A DNA stretch of 61,396 nt, counting the filler. It is 7 parts of 7 records of this genome, joined end to end, with 100 filler letters (N's around TTAATTAATTAA, not from the genome) between each part and the next. Parts side by side here need not be neighbours in the genome. Positions count along the whole stretch, not along the records: positions 1 to 10,033 come from SRR31156797_18548; 6 more parts are not named here. One strand, written 5' to 3'. Below, one piece after another: positions 1 to 10,033 of this stretch (its first letter is position 1; the number at the start of each line of letters is the position of its first letter). The notes beneath the pieces were generated by a model, which saw only the letters and a program-made list of their open reading frames with translations, did not search any database and had not been told where the DNA came from. Position numbers and translations under genes: made by a program.

Positions 1-1378
1 GCTCATCTGTTTCATATACATTGTCATTTAGTTTTGTTCTATATTGATTATTACTTTTTACATATCTAAAACCTGCATGTTGAAAGAAATGTTTTCTAAA
101 CGCATATCTTGCACTTCTTAAAATCTCATTTCCAAGACTTATAAAAGAACCACCCTTCATAAGTGCATGTCTGTCATCAAATGTTGGAGTTGTAAAATCA
201 TCATATGCAGGATGTGTTTTGAACCCATCAAATGGATATGTTGGAGTTATACTCCATTGCCAAACATTCCCTACAACATCATAGAAATCACCCATTTTGT
301 ATTTATCTACCGGTGTTTGGTTAAAATACTTTAATCCTATATTTGCTTCACACTCTTGAGCTTTAACATAATCATTTAGTCTATAATACTCATCTTCACT
401 AGGAAGTCTAACTTCAAAACCTAATTGCTCGCTTTTATATTTACAAAAAGCTTCTGCTTCATAAACATTAATATCAACAGGATAGTTTAAAGGTAAAGGA
501 ACTAATCTATTAATCTCTCTTAGATAATATTCTCCACCTTTTTTAACCCAAAATGTTGGATGTTTGGCTTTACTAAAATCTAACCACTTTAGTCCATCTT
601 TTGTAAAATAGTGAAGTTTTGAATATCCCCCATCTTTTACAAACTCTAAAAACTCTCCATTTGAAACTAAATACTTACTTGCTTGAAAATCATACAAGCT
701 GGCTTTATGGAAAGCAAACTCATTATCCCATCCATAAAAAACAGGCTCTTTGTAATCCTTTTCTAAAATAACATCTCCACCTTCAACATTTATAAGTTCA
801 TTTTTTGGATACTCTTTACTGTACTCATTACAGTATTCAAATATTTCATCCTCTTTTAGATGTTTTAGACTTAATTCTCGTAAAAGAACAGAAGATGTTT
901 CTATATGTATATTTTCATGTTCAATACCCATCAAGATAATCCACATAGGACTTTCCCAATTTATTGGCATAGTAAACTCAATTGTGTCTATTAGTTCTAA
1001 AACTAAAGCTTTTACTTCATCTCTATACGCTTTTGTTTCCTCATAAGTTGGCCATGTATAATTTTCTTTGTCTAAATCATCCCAGCTCATCTCATCTACG
1101 CCAATAGCAAATATAGACTCAAAGCTTTTGTTTATTCTTTTATTTATAATATTAGAAACATTTAGTTTATTCATAAAAAATGTTGCTGTATGTCCATAAT
1201 AAAAAATCAAAGGGTGTCTTAATCTGTTTGGTTGTTTATAAAGGTTTTCTTTATCTTCTAATAAATCAAAGAGTTTTTCATCTAATTCATAAGTTTGTAA
1301 AAAATATTTTTTAATCTCTTCTCTTTTTTCTTCAACAGTACCCACACTTAAATTTATAGTATCTTTAATATAATTCAT
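1..1378 (-). CDS. ovoA: 5-histidylcysteine sulfoxide synthase OvoA (ovothiol biosynthesis), 3'-truncated by window edge
   Basis: Not in the ORF track; translated by hand from ATG at 1378 (GAGGA RBS upstream): MNYIKDTINL...RLRHPLIFYYGHTATFF...GVDEMSWDDL...MGIEHENIHIETSSVL (Fe-binding HxxxH)...VGNVWQW...HPAYDDFT...FRKHFFQHAGFRY. DinB-like plus FGE-sulfatase architecture of OvoA; the methyltransferase domain would lie beyond position 1. Confidence 0.9.
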   Translation of the reverse strand, partial: MNYIKDTINLSVGTVEEKREEIKKYFLQTYELDEKLFDLLEDKENLYKQPNRLRHPLIFYYGHTATFFMNKLNVSNIINKRINKSFESIFAIGVDEMSWDDLDKENYTWPTYEETKAYRDEVKALVLELIDTIEFTMPINWESPMWIILMGIEHENIHIETSSVLLRELSLKHLKEDEIFEYCNEYSKEYPKNELINVEGGDVILEKDYKEPVFYGWDNEFAFHKASLYDFQASKYLVSNGEFLEFVKDGGYSKLHYFTKDGLKWLDFSKAKHPTFWVKKGGEYYLREINRLVPLPLNYPVDINVYEAEAFCKYKSEQLGFEVRLPSEDEYYRLNDYVKAQECEANIGLKYFNQTPVDKYKMGDFYDVVGNVWQWSITPTYPFDGFKTHPAYDDFTTPTFDDRHALMKGGSFISLGNEILRSARYAFRKHFFQHAGFRYVKSNNQYRTKLNDNVYETDE

Positions 1379-1398
1379 TCTATCCTCTCTTAATTTTC

Positions 1399-3600
1399 TT
1401 AGTTCATCCAGTTTAACTCTTTTGTTATTGAGTTTGCAGTAAAAATTTTATATATACAAGAAGCTTGTGATTTTTCATACTCGTCCATTTTTTGCCAATG
1501 TTCTTCCAATTGAGCAATTTCTAAACTATAGTCTAAATCAAGTATACTTTTTGAAATAATCAATTCAATTAAAATCATACCAAGTCTTTTTTTCGATTTG
1601 GTTTCATTTAATATTACAAATGCTGTTTGAGATAATATAATAGCCTCTTTTGCTAAACTTTTGTCCTCAAAAAATGCTAGTTTATATAATATATTTAGAG
1701 ATTGATTGTGTAATACCACTGGCATCTCATCTCTATCCCCTACAGAATCTTTTAATTTTTTACCTATATCTCCTAGATAAATTGACTCTTCTATAATCTT
1801 TTTATCTTTTTGTTCATTATCTAAAAACTTAAACCTATAAGCAATAGACATATTTACAAATGTTGCACCATACTCAAATGATCCAAGGGCAGGAACACAT
1901 AAGCACTTCATATAATTTGAAATAGCTTCATCATAGTTTTCATTCCACTCTTCATAGTTTGCTTTTATATTATAAAAATGCCATAACCATAAAGGTTCAT
2001 TAAACTCTTGGTGTGAAAACAACAATCCTTCTAAATATTTTAAAGCTTTTAAGCCCTCTTCTTTTTTGTCCTCTGCTCTTTTACTTACAACTATCCATGC
2101 TTTTCTTTGATAAAACCTAACTTCAACATCATTTGGTTTTTCTGCATTTTTGACTTTAAATTCTAAAGAGTTATATGCTTTATCAAATTCTCCCATTCTT
2201 TCATATAAAGATGAGATATCGATTGAGTATTTGTTTGGGTTTATTTCAAACAGATATTGTGCTATAAGTAAGGCTTGTTCATATTTCCCATTTCTTTCAA
2301 AAAGAAAAATAAGAGAGTTCAAAGTATCAATTGAAAGTTTTCTATAAATAGAATCACTACTTAAGATAAAACTATCAAGGTTTCTTGAATCAAACATTTC
2401 ATCTGCAATATCAAACCAATAGTTTGTTATCAAATCATATTGTTGCTTACTTTTTATAGACTCAACAAATTTTTCTAAAATAGCTACTGTTCTTTTTTCA
2501 TCTAGAACAATATCTTTTACATAATAATATAAAATCAAAAGAGACACAGGATTATCAAAATACTCTAAACACTCTTCTATATGATTTCTAAGATAAAAAG
2601 ATAATCTTCTTCTTTCCTCTTCTAAATCTTTTATATTTACATTGTCTCTAAAAAATATTTGATTTGCTTTATGTTGCTCTAATATTTTAAAATCATCAAA
2701 ACATCTATTTACAAAATTTTGGAAACCTGAAATCAGCTGATTTTTTTCACCTTTATTATCATAAAAGTTTCTACCACAATACTCAAAAAGTTCCAATGAT
2801 ATATAGATTTTTTGATCTTTTCTATTTAAAATATTTGTTGAACTTAACTGCATCAAACTATAAAGTATCTCTTCTTTGTGAGAAAGTACACCTTCATAGT
2901 TATTAAAGATTGCACTTTGTTCCTCTTTTGATAAAAGTTCTACATTCAAACAACCAATTTTTTTAAGTCTTCTTTGTATTCTTTTTTTCAAATCTCTTCT
3001 AACATAAATATTAACATTTACAAAATGATTTAGTAAAATTGGTATAAGTAGTCTCCAAATCCAATGATTTGCTTCTAGGAAATCTATATTATAAATATTA
3101 ATAACTGTTTTTTTATCTAAAGAATTAATAGCAACTTTTAGTCTTTTTAAAACTCTAATATCTTTGTTGAACCAAGCTTTCAAACTCTCTTTAAACTCTG
3201 AACCTTCACCGTCTAAGATTGAAGGCATCAAAACTAAACCAAAGAAAAATAATAAAACAAATAAAATAGAAACTGTATCGTTCACTCCCCAATCAAAGGG
3301 AGCTTCAAATATTATCTTCTTCATAATATCTTCATATAAAGAAGAAGAGATTAATGCAAAAAGTATTACAACAACAGATAATACACTTAAAATATAAGTT
3401 GAGATTTTCTTTTTTAATCTAAAAAAAGATGAAGAATTACCTGTGATTTCATTTAGATTATACTCAAAAGACTCAAGTGTATCCCCGTCATTATAAACGA
3501 TTTCAAGAAGATTCAACTCCTTTGAAATCATATTTTTGTCATCTAATTTTCTTTTATTTGTATGTAATGCTCCACTTATTATTGAACATCTTGCTTTCAT
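1399..3600 (-). CDS. Uncharacterised membrane protein, two N-terminal TM helices and C-terminal TPR-like repeats
   Basis: 733-aa ORF. Hydrophobic stretches YILSVLSVVVILFALIS and VSILFVLLFFFGLVLMP; TPR-like motifs GKYEQALLIAQY, MGEFDKAYNSL, NYDEAISNYMKCL. Start overlaps the upstream stop (3597-3600). Confidence 0.7.
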   Translation of the reverse strand: MKARCSIISGALHTNKRKLDDKNMISKELNLLEIVYNDGDTLESFEYNLNEITGNSSSFFRLKKKISTYILSVLSVVVILFALISSSLYEDIMKKIIFEAPFDWGVNDTVSILFVLLFFFGLVLMPSILDGEGSEFKESLKAWFNKDIRVLKRLKVAINSLDKKTVINIYNIDFLEANHWIWRLLIPILLNHFVNVNIYVRRDLKKRIQRRLKKIGCLNVELLSKEEQSAIFNNYEGVLSHKEEILYSLMQLSSTNILNRKDQKIYISLELFEYCGRNFYDNKGEKNQLISGFQNFVNRCFDDFKILEQHKANQIFFRDNVNIKDLEEERRRLSFYLRNHIEECLEYFDNPVSLLILYYYVKDIVLDEKRTVAILEKFVESIKSKQQYDLITNYWFDIADEMFDSRNLDSFILSSDSIYRKLSIDTLNSLIFLFERNGKYEQALLIAQYLFEINPNKYSIDISSLYERMGEFDKAYNSLEFKVKNAEKPNDVEVRFYQRKAWIVVSKRAEDKKEEGLKALKYLEGLLFSHQEFNEPLWLWHFYNIKANYEEWNENYDEAISNYMKCLCVPALGSFEYGATFVNMSIAYRFKFLDNEQKDKKIIEESIYLGDIGKKLKDSVGDRDEMPVVLHNQSLNILYKLAFFEDKSLAKEAIILSQTAFVILNETKSKKRLGMILIELIISKSILDLDYSLEIAQLEEHWQKMDEYEKSQASCIYKIFTANSITKELNWMN

Positions 3601-4163
3601 TTTGTTAAACCATCTTTTGCATATTTATTTTGTATAGGGTCAGAAAATCTATAAGTTCCATCTTTTATCTCAAAAGGAAAATCAGAATAAGATTTTTTAA
3701 ACTCCTCTTGAAACTCTTTTGAATAAGGCTTTGAACCCTCTTCCAGTAAAGAAATATATTTCTTTGGAATCACACAACCTACTTTGCCTTTAGGTGCAAT
3801 TTTTTCTTGATTTGTTGTAGTAAAAGTAAAAATATCTTCATCAGGTTCAAAACCTGTAATGTTTTCTTTTTCTAATTTTATACAAGAATAATTTTTCTCT
3901 CTTAATTTTAAAAACTCAAACTCTTCTTCTGTAATCTTTAACAAAACACCATTTGTTTGAGAAGTAGAATTATGGTCTAAATTTAAGAAAATACCTTCAT
4001 AAACTTTATCTTCACCTTCAAAGTTTATATACTCTATTGAGTTCCAAACTTTTCGTACACCTTTAACAACAACAGGAATAAAATCACTTTGTTGTAATTG
4101 TCTTTTGAAACTCTTTTGTGCACTGTTTATATTTACTAATGAACCAAAACCAAATATATACAT
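3597..4163 (-). CDS. Gamma-glutamylcyclotransferase (GGCT/ChaC-like) family protein
   Basis: N-terminal YIFGFGSLVN (GGCT xFxYGSL motif), NGVLL and LKLREKNY (catalytic Glu region). Confidence 0.75.
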   Translation of the reverse strand: MYIFGFGSLVNINSAQKSFKRQLQQSDFIPVVVKGVRKVWNSIEYINFEGEDKVYEGIFLNLDHNSTSQTNGVLLKITEEEFEFLKLREKNYSCIKLEKENITGFEPDEDIFTFTTTNQEKIAPKGKVGCVIPKKYISLLEEGSKPYSKEFQEEFKKSYSDFPFEIKDGTYRFSDPIQNKYAKDGLTK

Positions 4164-4643
4164 CTACAGTATCTCTTCTTTTGATAAAATAATTCCATCA
4201 GGGTCAGCATAAACAAAATCTCCCTCACAAAACTTAACTCCACCAAAAGATAGTTCCACTCCTCGTTCAGCTTCTGTTAAAGGGATATACTTTCTTGGAC
4301 AAATACCTTTTGCAAATAACGCTACGGGAATATCTTTTATTTGTACAGTGTCTCTAACATATCCATTTATAATGATACCTTCATAGTTATTTTGATGTGC
4401 AAACTTCATAAGGTTTTCACCTACTACAGCGAAGTATTCATCCTCTACATCAACAACAACAATTTTTCCAGTGCCATCTTCATCTCTTAATAACTTAATA
4501 AGTTCAAAGTTGTTTTTGTCTAATTTTATTGTAGTAACAGTACCCCTTATTTTCTCTTTCGCACCATAATTTTTAAATCCATAATCTAAAACATAAACTT
4601 TATCAGGATGTTCATCACATATATCAGCTGTAAAAAATTCCAA
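4164..4643 (-). CDS. rraA: RraA family protein (RNase E regulator / HMG aldolase-like)
   Basis: TADICD, VVVD, AVVGE, GIIINGYVRD, GDFVYADPDGI motifs; TTG start with AAGGA RBS. Confidence 0.85.
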   Translation of the reverse strand: MEFFTADICDEHPDKVYVLDYGFKNYGAKEKIRGTVTTIKLDKNNFELIKLLRDEDGTGKIVVVDVEDEYFAVVGENLMKFAHQNNYEGIIINGYVRDTVQIKDIPVALFAKGICPRKYIPLTEAERGVELSFGGVKFCEGDFVYADPDGIILSKEEIL

Positions 4644-4756
4644 AATTTATCCTTTTTTTTCAAATAATTCAATTATCTCAAAATATATTTAATCTATACT
4701 TATTATCACATTTTTTCTACAAATTTGTTTTAAAATAATTAAAAAAGGGATAAAAG

Positions 4757-5737
4757 ATGAAAAATCTTGTTTTTTTATGTTTAGTTGTTTTTTTTGCAGG
4801 GTGTGCAAATAAAAGTGTCACGGTAACTACATTACAACCTTCTAAAGTAAGTAATCAAAATATACATTATGTCTCTTTACAACAGTTTGTAAACGATGAT
4901 ATTAATCAAACTCAATATATGGAAGATGCTTTATCAAATGCATCAATAGCAAATAACAAACTGTTTACTATAAAACCTGGTATTAGTAATATTGATGCAA
5001 CTATTACTGGTGATATTTTAGAATCGTCATTAAAAAGCGATATTTATTATAAAAAATATGATGATGAATATATATGTATAAAGTATGATTACAAATACAA
5101 AAAAAGAACTTGTATCAAAAAAATAAAAAGAAAATACCCTTGTGAAAAAAGAGACTATACAGTAAAAACCCAAGTGAAAATTTTCAACCCACAAAATGAT
5201 ATTATATTTTCTAAAATCTACAAAAAAACAAAACATGAAGATGATTGCTACAAACAAAGTATGCACCTTCCGAACTATCCATATAGAAACTCTTATTTAT
5301 ATGATGAAAAAATTAGGGTAAATACTCAATTAGCCAAACAAATAGCTCAAGATGTTATTGAAGATATAACTCCACACTATGAAAAACAAGCAATCTTGTT
5401 AATAGATGAGTTAGAAGAAGATAAATATTCACAAAAAACAAATGAAGAGTTTGAATATGCAATAGAGTTACTTGATGAAAAGCAACTTGATTTAGCAGAA
5501 AATAACTTTCTAAAACTAAATGAAGAATTAAACTCTAAAAGTTATGAGATACTTTATAACTTAGGGGTTATAAATGAGTTAAAACATAGATTACCAAGGG
5601 GTTTATATTTTTATAATAAAGCAAAAGCTTTATGTGAAGATATAGACAATCTTAAAATTATTAATTCATCTATTTCTAGACTAAAAGAAAATATGCTTAA
5701 TGAAGAAAAAGCAAAAACACAATTGATTTATAAATAA
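4757..5737 (+). CDS. Lipoprotein with C-terminal TPR-like repeat
   Basis: Lipobox FFAG-C; ILYNLGVINE TPR-like helix; Cys-rich basic insert. Confidence 0.7.
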   Translation: MKNLVFLCLVVFFAGCANKSVTVTTLQPSKVSNQNIHYVSLQQFVNDDINQTQYMEDALSNASIANNKLFTIKPGISNIDATITGDILESSLKSDIYYKKYDDEYICIKYDYKYKKRTCIKKIKRKYPCEKRDYTVKTQVKIFNPQNDIIFSKIYKKTKHEDDCYKQSMHLPNYPYRNSYLYDEKIRVNTQLAKQIAQDVIEDITPHYEKQAILLIDELEEDKYSQKTNEEFEYAIELLDEKQLDLAENNFLKLNEELNSKSYEILYNLGVINELKHRLPRGLYFYNKAKALCEDIDNLKIINSSISRLKENMLNEEKAKTQLIYK

Positions 5738-5746
5738 AGGATTTGT

Positions 5747-7021
5747 TTGAAAACAAAATTTTACTTTCTTATAGTTGTAATATTAATATTTACAACAGGA
5801 TGTTCACAAAAAAATGTAAAAATAAAAGATGTAGAAAACTACTCTCAAAACCCTAAATATTATTTAAAAAACTATAAAAAAGTAAACCTTGATAAAAAAC
5901 AATTACAAAAAGAGTATAAGGAAAGACTTTTTAAACCTTGGCATTTAGAAAAACTTTCTATATCTAAAAATGAAGCAAATTGGGGGACAGTATATAAAAC
6001 TAAAACTGTATATTCTGAAAACCATATAAAAATAGAAAAACAGTGGTTTGAAAAACAAGAAAAAAATGCAAATTTCAAAAACTACAATAAGGTTCTACAA
6101 AAAGCTATTATTACAAAAAACAGTGATGTAAGAGTTTTCCCTACAAATGGTGTTATTTTTTACAATCCACATGTTGCTGGAGAAGGTTTTCCATTTGATT
6201 ATAATCAAAACTCAAGAATAAAAGTAAATACTCCAGTTTTAATCTCACACTACTCTAAAGATAAAGCTTGGGCATTTATTGAATCACCATCTGTTTTTGG
6301 TTGGGTTAATGTAAACAACATAATGTTTGTCAATCAAAAACAAATAGATAGATTTGAAAAAAATGATTTATATGTAATAGTAAAAGAAGGCTTTGAAAGT
6401 TTTGATTCTAATCTTGCAGAAGATTTAAAAATTGCAACATTTTTTCCTAAAGAGAAAAACCACTTTTTACTTGCTACAAATGCAGGATTTAAAAAAGTAA
6501 AAATATCTGCAGAAAAAATCCAAGCATTTCCTCTAGATTTTGATGAAACAAATATAGGATTACTTTTAAAAGAGTTTATTGATGAGCCATATGGTTGGGG
6601 TGGATTAAACAACCATAGAGATTGTTCAAGTTTCACTCAAGACTTTCTTGCACCTTTTGGTATTTATGTAAAAAGAAATTCAAAAGCACAAACTACACTT
6701 CACGAATATATAGACTTAGAAAATGTAAAAGATAAAAAATCTTATATATTAAAAAATGGCATACCTTTTTTAACTCTTGTATATTTAAAAGGTCATATTA
6801 TGCTTTATATAGGTGAGCAGAACAAAGAACCAATGGTTATGCATAATATGTGGGGTGTTAAAACTTGGAAAACACTATTCTCTCATGGAAGAAATATAGT
6901 TGGAAAAACAGCTATCACTACACTTCAACCAGGAATTGAACTTTATAATGCCGATAAAACTTCAACAATTTTAAAAAGAGTTAAAGGTATTGTTCTCCTA
7001 AACAAAAAACTTGATAAATAA
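5747..7021 (+). CDS. SH3-domain NlpC/P60 (C40) peptidoglycan peptidase lipoprotein
   Basis: Lipobox FTTG-C; PYGWGG..RDCSS catalytic Cys; GHIMLYIG catalytic His; GEGFPFDYNQNS. Confidence 0.88.
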   Translation: MKTKFYFLIVVILIFTTGCSQKNVKIKDVENYSQNPKYYLKNYKKVNLDKKQLQKEYKERLFKPWHLEKLSISKNEANWGTVYKTKTVYSENHIKIEKQWFEKQEKNANFKNYNKVLQKAIITKNSDVRVFPTNGVIFYNPHVAGEGFPFDYNQNSRIKVNTPVLISHYSKDKAWAFIESPSVFGWVNVNNIMFVNQKQIDRFEKNDLYVIVKEGFESFDSNLAEDLKIATFFPKEKNHFLLATNAGFKKVKISAEKIQAFPLDFDETNIGLLLKEFIDEPYGWGGLNNHRDCSSFTQDFLAPFGIYVKRNSKAQTTLHEYIDLENVKDKKSYILKNGIPFLTLVYLKGHIMLYIGEQNKEPMVMHNMWGVKTWKTLFSHGRNIVGKTAITTLQPGIELYNADKTSTILKRVKGIVLLNKKLDK

Positions 7022-7022
7022 T

Positions 7023-7052
7023 ATAGAAACATCCTATTAGTTTCTATTTTTT
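7023..7052 (+). terminator. Probable intrinsic terminator
   Basis: ATAGAAAC-N9-GTTTCTAT followed by a T-run, just after the NlpC/P60 stop. Confidence 0.5.
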
Positions 7053-7085
7053 GATGTTAAAATAAAAGAAAATAAAGGAAGCACC

Positions 7086-8516
7086 ATGAAAGTTCTACTG
7101 ACAGGTTCTTCAGGATATATAGGAAGAAGACTAAAACAAAAACTTATTGAAAACGAAGATGTTAACCTTAGATTGTTTGTTAGAAACAAAAAAACTATAT
7201 CTTCAAATCTAGACAAAAGTATAGAAGTTGTTGAGGGTGATACTTTCGATATAAAAGCTCTTGAAAAAGCTTTAAAAGGTGTTGATACTGCATACTATCT
7301 AATCCATTCATTAAGTAGTAAAGAGTATAAGGACTTAGATAAAATATCTGCTAAAAACTTTATTGAAACTGCAAAAAAATGTAAAGTAAAAAGAGTTATA
7401 TATTTAGGTGGATTGGGTGTTAAAAATGAAAATACAAGTGAGCATCTTCTAAGTAGAATAGAAACAGGCGAAATTCTAAGTTCTTGTGAAGAGGTTCAAA
7501 CTTTATGGTTTAGAGCGGGTGTTATTATAGGCTCTGGAAGTACAAGCTTTGAGATTATAAGAAACCTTGTAGAGAAACTTCCAATTATGACAACACCAAA
7601 ATGGGTAAACACAAAAGCACAGCCAATTGCAGTTGAAGATGTTATTAGATATCTTCAAGAAGCAATCTACCTAGAAGAGAAAAAAAATCTTACAATTGAT
7701 ATTGGCTCAGAGCAACTAAAATACAAAGAGATGATGCTTCAAACAGCAGAAGCTTTGGGTTTAAAAAGAGTTTTGATACCTTTGCCTTTTTTATCTATAA
7801 ACCTTTCATCTTATTGGTTAAACTTATTTACTCCTGTACCTTTTACTGTTGCAAAAGCTTTAATTGAAGGATTAAAATCAGAAGTCATAATTCAAAATGA
7901 TAATGCAAAAAAATACTTCCCAAATATAAAACCAATTGATTTTATATCTAGTGTAAAACGAGCTGTTGTTGAGATTGCAACAAACCAAGTTATAAGTAGA
8001 TGGAGTGACCATGCAGGAAGTATTTGGGAAAAAGACCATACAAAAGGGATTGCAGATGCAGTTTTTGTAGATAGAAGAGTTGTTGATATAAAGCACCTAA
8101 ACAAACAAAGGGTTTACAACACTTTTATGAGTATAGGTGGGCAAAATGGTTGGTTTGATTTTGACTTTTTATGGAAACTAAGAGGTTTTATAGATAAATT
8201 ACTTGGTGGAGTTGGACTAAGAAGAGGAAGAAGAGACCCAAATAAACTTAGAATTGGTGAGAGTTTAGACTTTTGGAGAGTTGTGGATATAAAAAAAGAT
8301 GAAAGATTACTTTTATATGCGCAAATGAAAATACCAGGAATTGCATGGTTGGAGTTTAGAATAAAAGATGATAAACTAGTTCAATCTGCATACTTTTATC
8401 CAAAAGGAGTATTTGGAAGGTTGTATTGGTATGCTTTAGTTCCTATACACTATTTTGTGTTTAATAATATGATAGACAGTATTATAAAAAAAGCTTCCAG
8501 TGATGAGAATATTTAG
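7086..8516 (+). CDS. NAD(P)-binding SDR-type oxidoreductase with DUF2867-like C-terminus (YbjT-like)
   Basis: LTGSSGYIG Rossmann motif, YYLIHS, RAGVIIGSGS, IGGQNGW, LDFWRV, GRLYWY. Confidence 0.85.
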   Translation: MKVLLTGSSGYIGRRLKQKLIENEDVNLRLFVRNKKTISSNLDKSIEVVEGDTFDIKALEKALKGVDTAYYLIHSLSSKEYKDLDKISAKNFIETAKKCKVKRVIYLGGLGVKNENTSEHLLSRIETGEILSSCEEVQTLWFRAGVIIGSGSTSFEIIRNLVEKLPIMTTPKWVNTKAQPIAVEDVIRYLQEAIYLEEKKNLTIDIGSEQLKYKEMMLQTAEALGLKRVLIPLPFLSINLSSYWLNLFTPVPFTVAKALIEGLKSEVIIQNDNAKKYFPNIKPIDFISSVKRAVVEIATNQVISRWSDHAGSIWEKDHTKGIADAVFVDRRVVDIKHLNKQRVYNTFMSIGGQNGWFDFDFLWKLRGFIDKLLGGVGLRRGRRDPNKLRIGESLDFWRVVDIKKDERLLLYAQMKIPGIAWLEFRIKDDKLVQSAYFYPKGVFGRLYWYALVPIHYFVFNNMIDSIIKKASSDENI

Positions 8517-9225
8517 ATTCAAAGCTTTGTAGTTTTGGCATAAAAAAATTATAAATGTTCTCTTGCTTACAAATAAAAAAATAAACTCTTGGTGAGTATG
8601 GCTTATGTTTTATGGCCAGTACTTTTTTAAAATCCTTTTGAAGTTTTTTTAAAAGTACTTGGATTTGTTCATCGTGAGAGAAACATCTATTTAGATGATG
8701 ATATACAACAATAGCTTCACTACTTTGATATAAATGTTTTATCTCATCGAAAAAAATATATTTTCCACTTTTGTCTTTTTTTTCTAAATCTTCATAACTT
8801 TGAATTATTATATCTTTACTGTCTCTAAAGCTTTTGGTTGCAATTCCATTATCAGAATCCGTTAAAACAATTTGAAACTCTTTACTAAAACTCAAAGCTT
8901 TTTCGAACCAAGACTTACGAAACTCTAGTTTTTTGTCTTTTTGCAAAATATCGTTAAAATATACAATGTTTGTCAAAAGATTTGCCTCTTCTAAGGCTTT
9001 TACATCTCTTCTAGTTTGAATTATATTTTTAAAACTATTTTCAAGTATCAAGTCTGTGTTTTCAACTTTTTTGAAATAATCAATATACATTCCATCATTG
9101 TTGTGGGTTTCATTTGGATACATAAACCAAAGTTGACAAAGAGTATAATGTGTATCTAAAAAAAGATATCGAAGAAGTTTGAACTTTCCAAAATCTCCAA
9201 TATCAGCAGCATATCTATCTTGCAA
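8482..9225 (-). CDS. Conserved hypothetical protein, possibly methyltransferase-fold
   Basis: 247-aa ORF, TTG start abutting the RND stop; motifs QDRYAADIGDFGK, IVLTDSDNGI, VVYHH. Confidence 0.65.
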   Translation of the reverse strand: MQDRYAADIGDFGKFKLLRYLFLDTHYTLCQLWFMYPNETHNNDGMYIDYFKKVENTDLILENSFKNIIQTRRDVKALEEANLLTNIVYFNDILQKDKKLEFRKSWFEKALSFSKEFQIVLTDSDNGIATKSFRDSKDIIIQSYEDLEKKDKSGKYIFFDEIKHLYQSSEAIVVYHHLNRCFSHDEQIQVLLKKLQKDFKKVLAIKHKPYSPRVYFFICKQENIYNFFMPKLQSFESKYSHHWKLFL

Positions 9226-10033
9226 TTATTTATCCACTTTTCTTAAATATACTATTCTATAAAGCATAGGCACATAATAAAGATTTAAAATAGTTGCCCA
9301 AAGAATCCCATACCCTAATGCAAGAGCCATAGGTTGTAAAATAAGTGCTTGTCCTGAAGGGAAAAATATAAGTGTACTTAGTCCTAAAACTGTTGTAAGA
9401 GAAGTTAATAAAATAGGTCTTAGTCTTAATAGTGCATATTCTTTTAACTCTTCAAGATTTTTTGCTTTTTTAATGAAATCCATCATAATAATTCCATCAT
9501 TTACAATAACTCCAGCTAATCCAATCATACCTATTAAACTTGGCATAGTTATATTTACACCCATAATAAAGTGTCCAAAATAAACACCTAAAATAGATAA
9601 AGGAATAGTACTTATGATAATCAAGGGTTTAACCATAGAATCAAACATCCAAACAAGAGCTATAAATATAAGAATAATAGCCATCAATGCAGCTTCTCCC
9701 ATCTCTTTTTGAACTTTTTCGTTTTCCTCTTGCTCCCCTTTTATATCAATAAAAACTTTTGATTTTAATTCCTCTAAAGTTGGTTTTAGGTTTTCAAACA
9801 CTTCACTTGAAGTTACTTTTGAAATTGATGCAGTTACACTTGTGATTCTTTTGTTATTTTCTTTAAATATTTGTGAATAAGCTGGGACTTTTACAAACTC
9901 AACAACATCTCTTAATAAAACTTTTTGAGAACTATTTGGAAGGTTTACTTCAAAACTATTTAAAGAGCTTAAAATATCTTTATTTGTGCTTTCAAAAACA
10001 ATATCAACAATACCTTTATCATCAAACATTTTT
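9226..10033 (-). CDS. RND efflux transporter permease (AcrB/AcrD/AcrF family), C-terminal part
   Basis: PLIIISTIPLSILG, GMIGLAGVIVNDGII, RLRPILLTSLTT; truncated by the linker. Confidence 0.9.
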
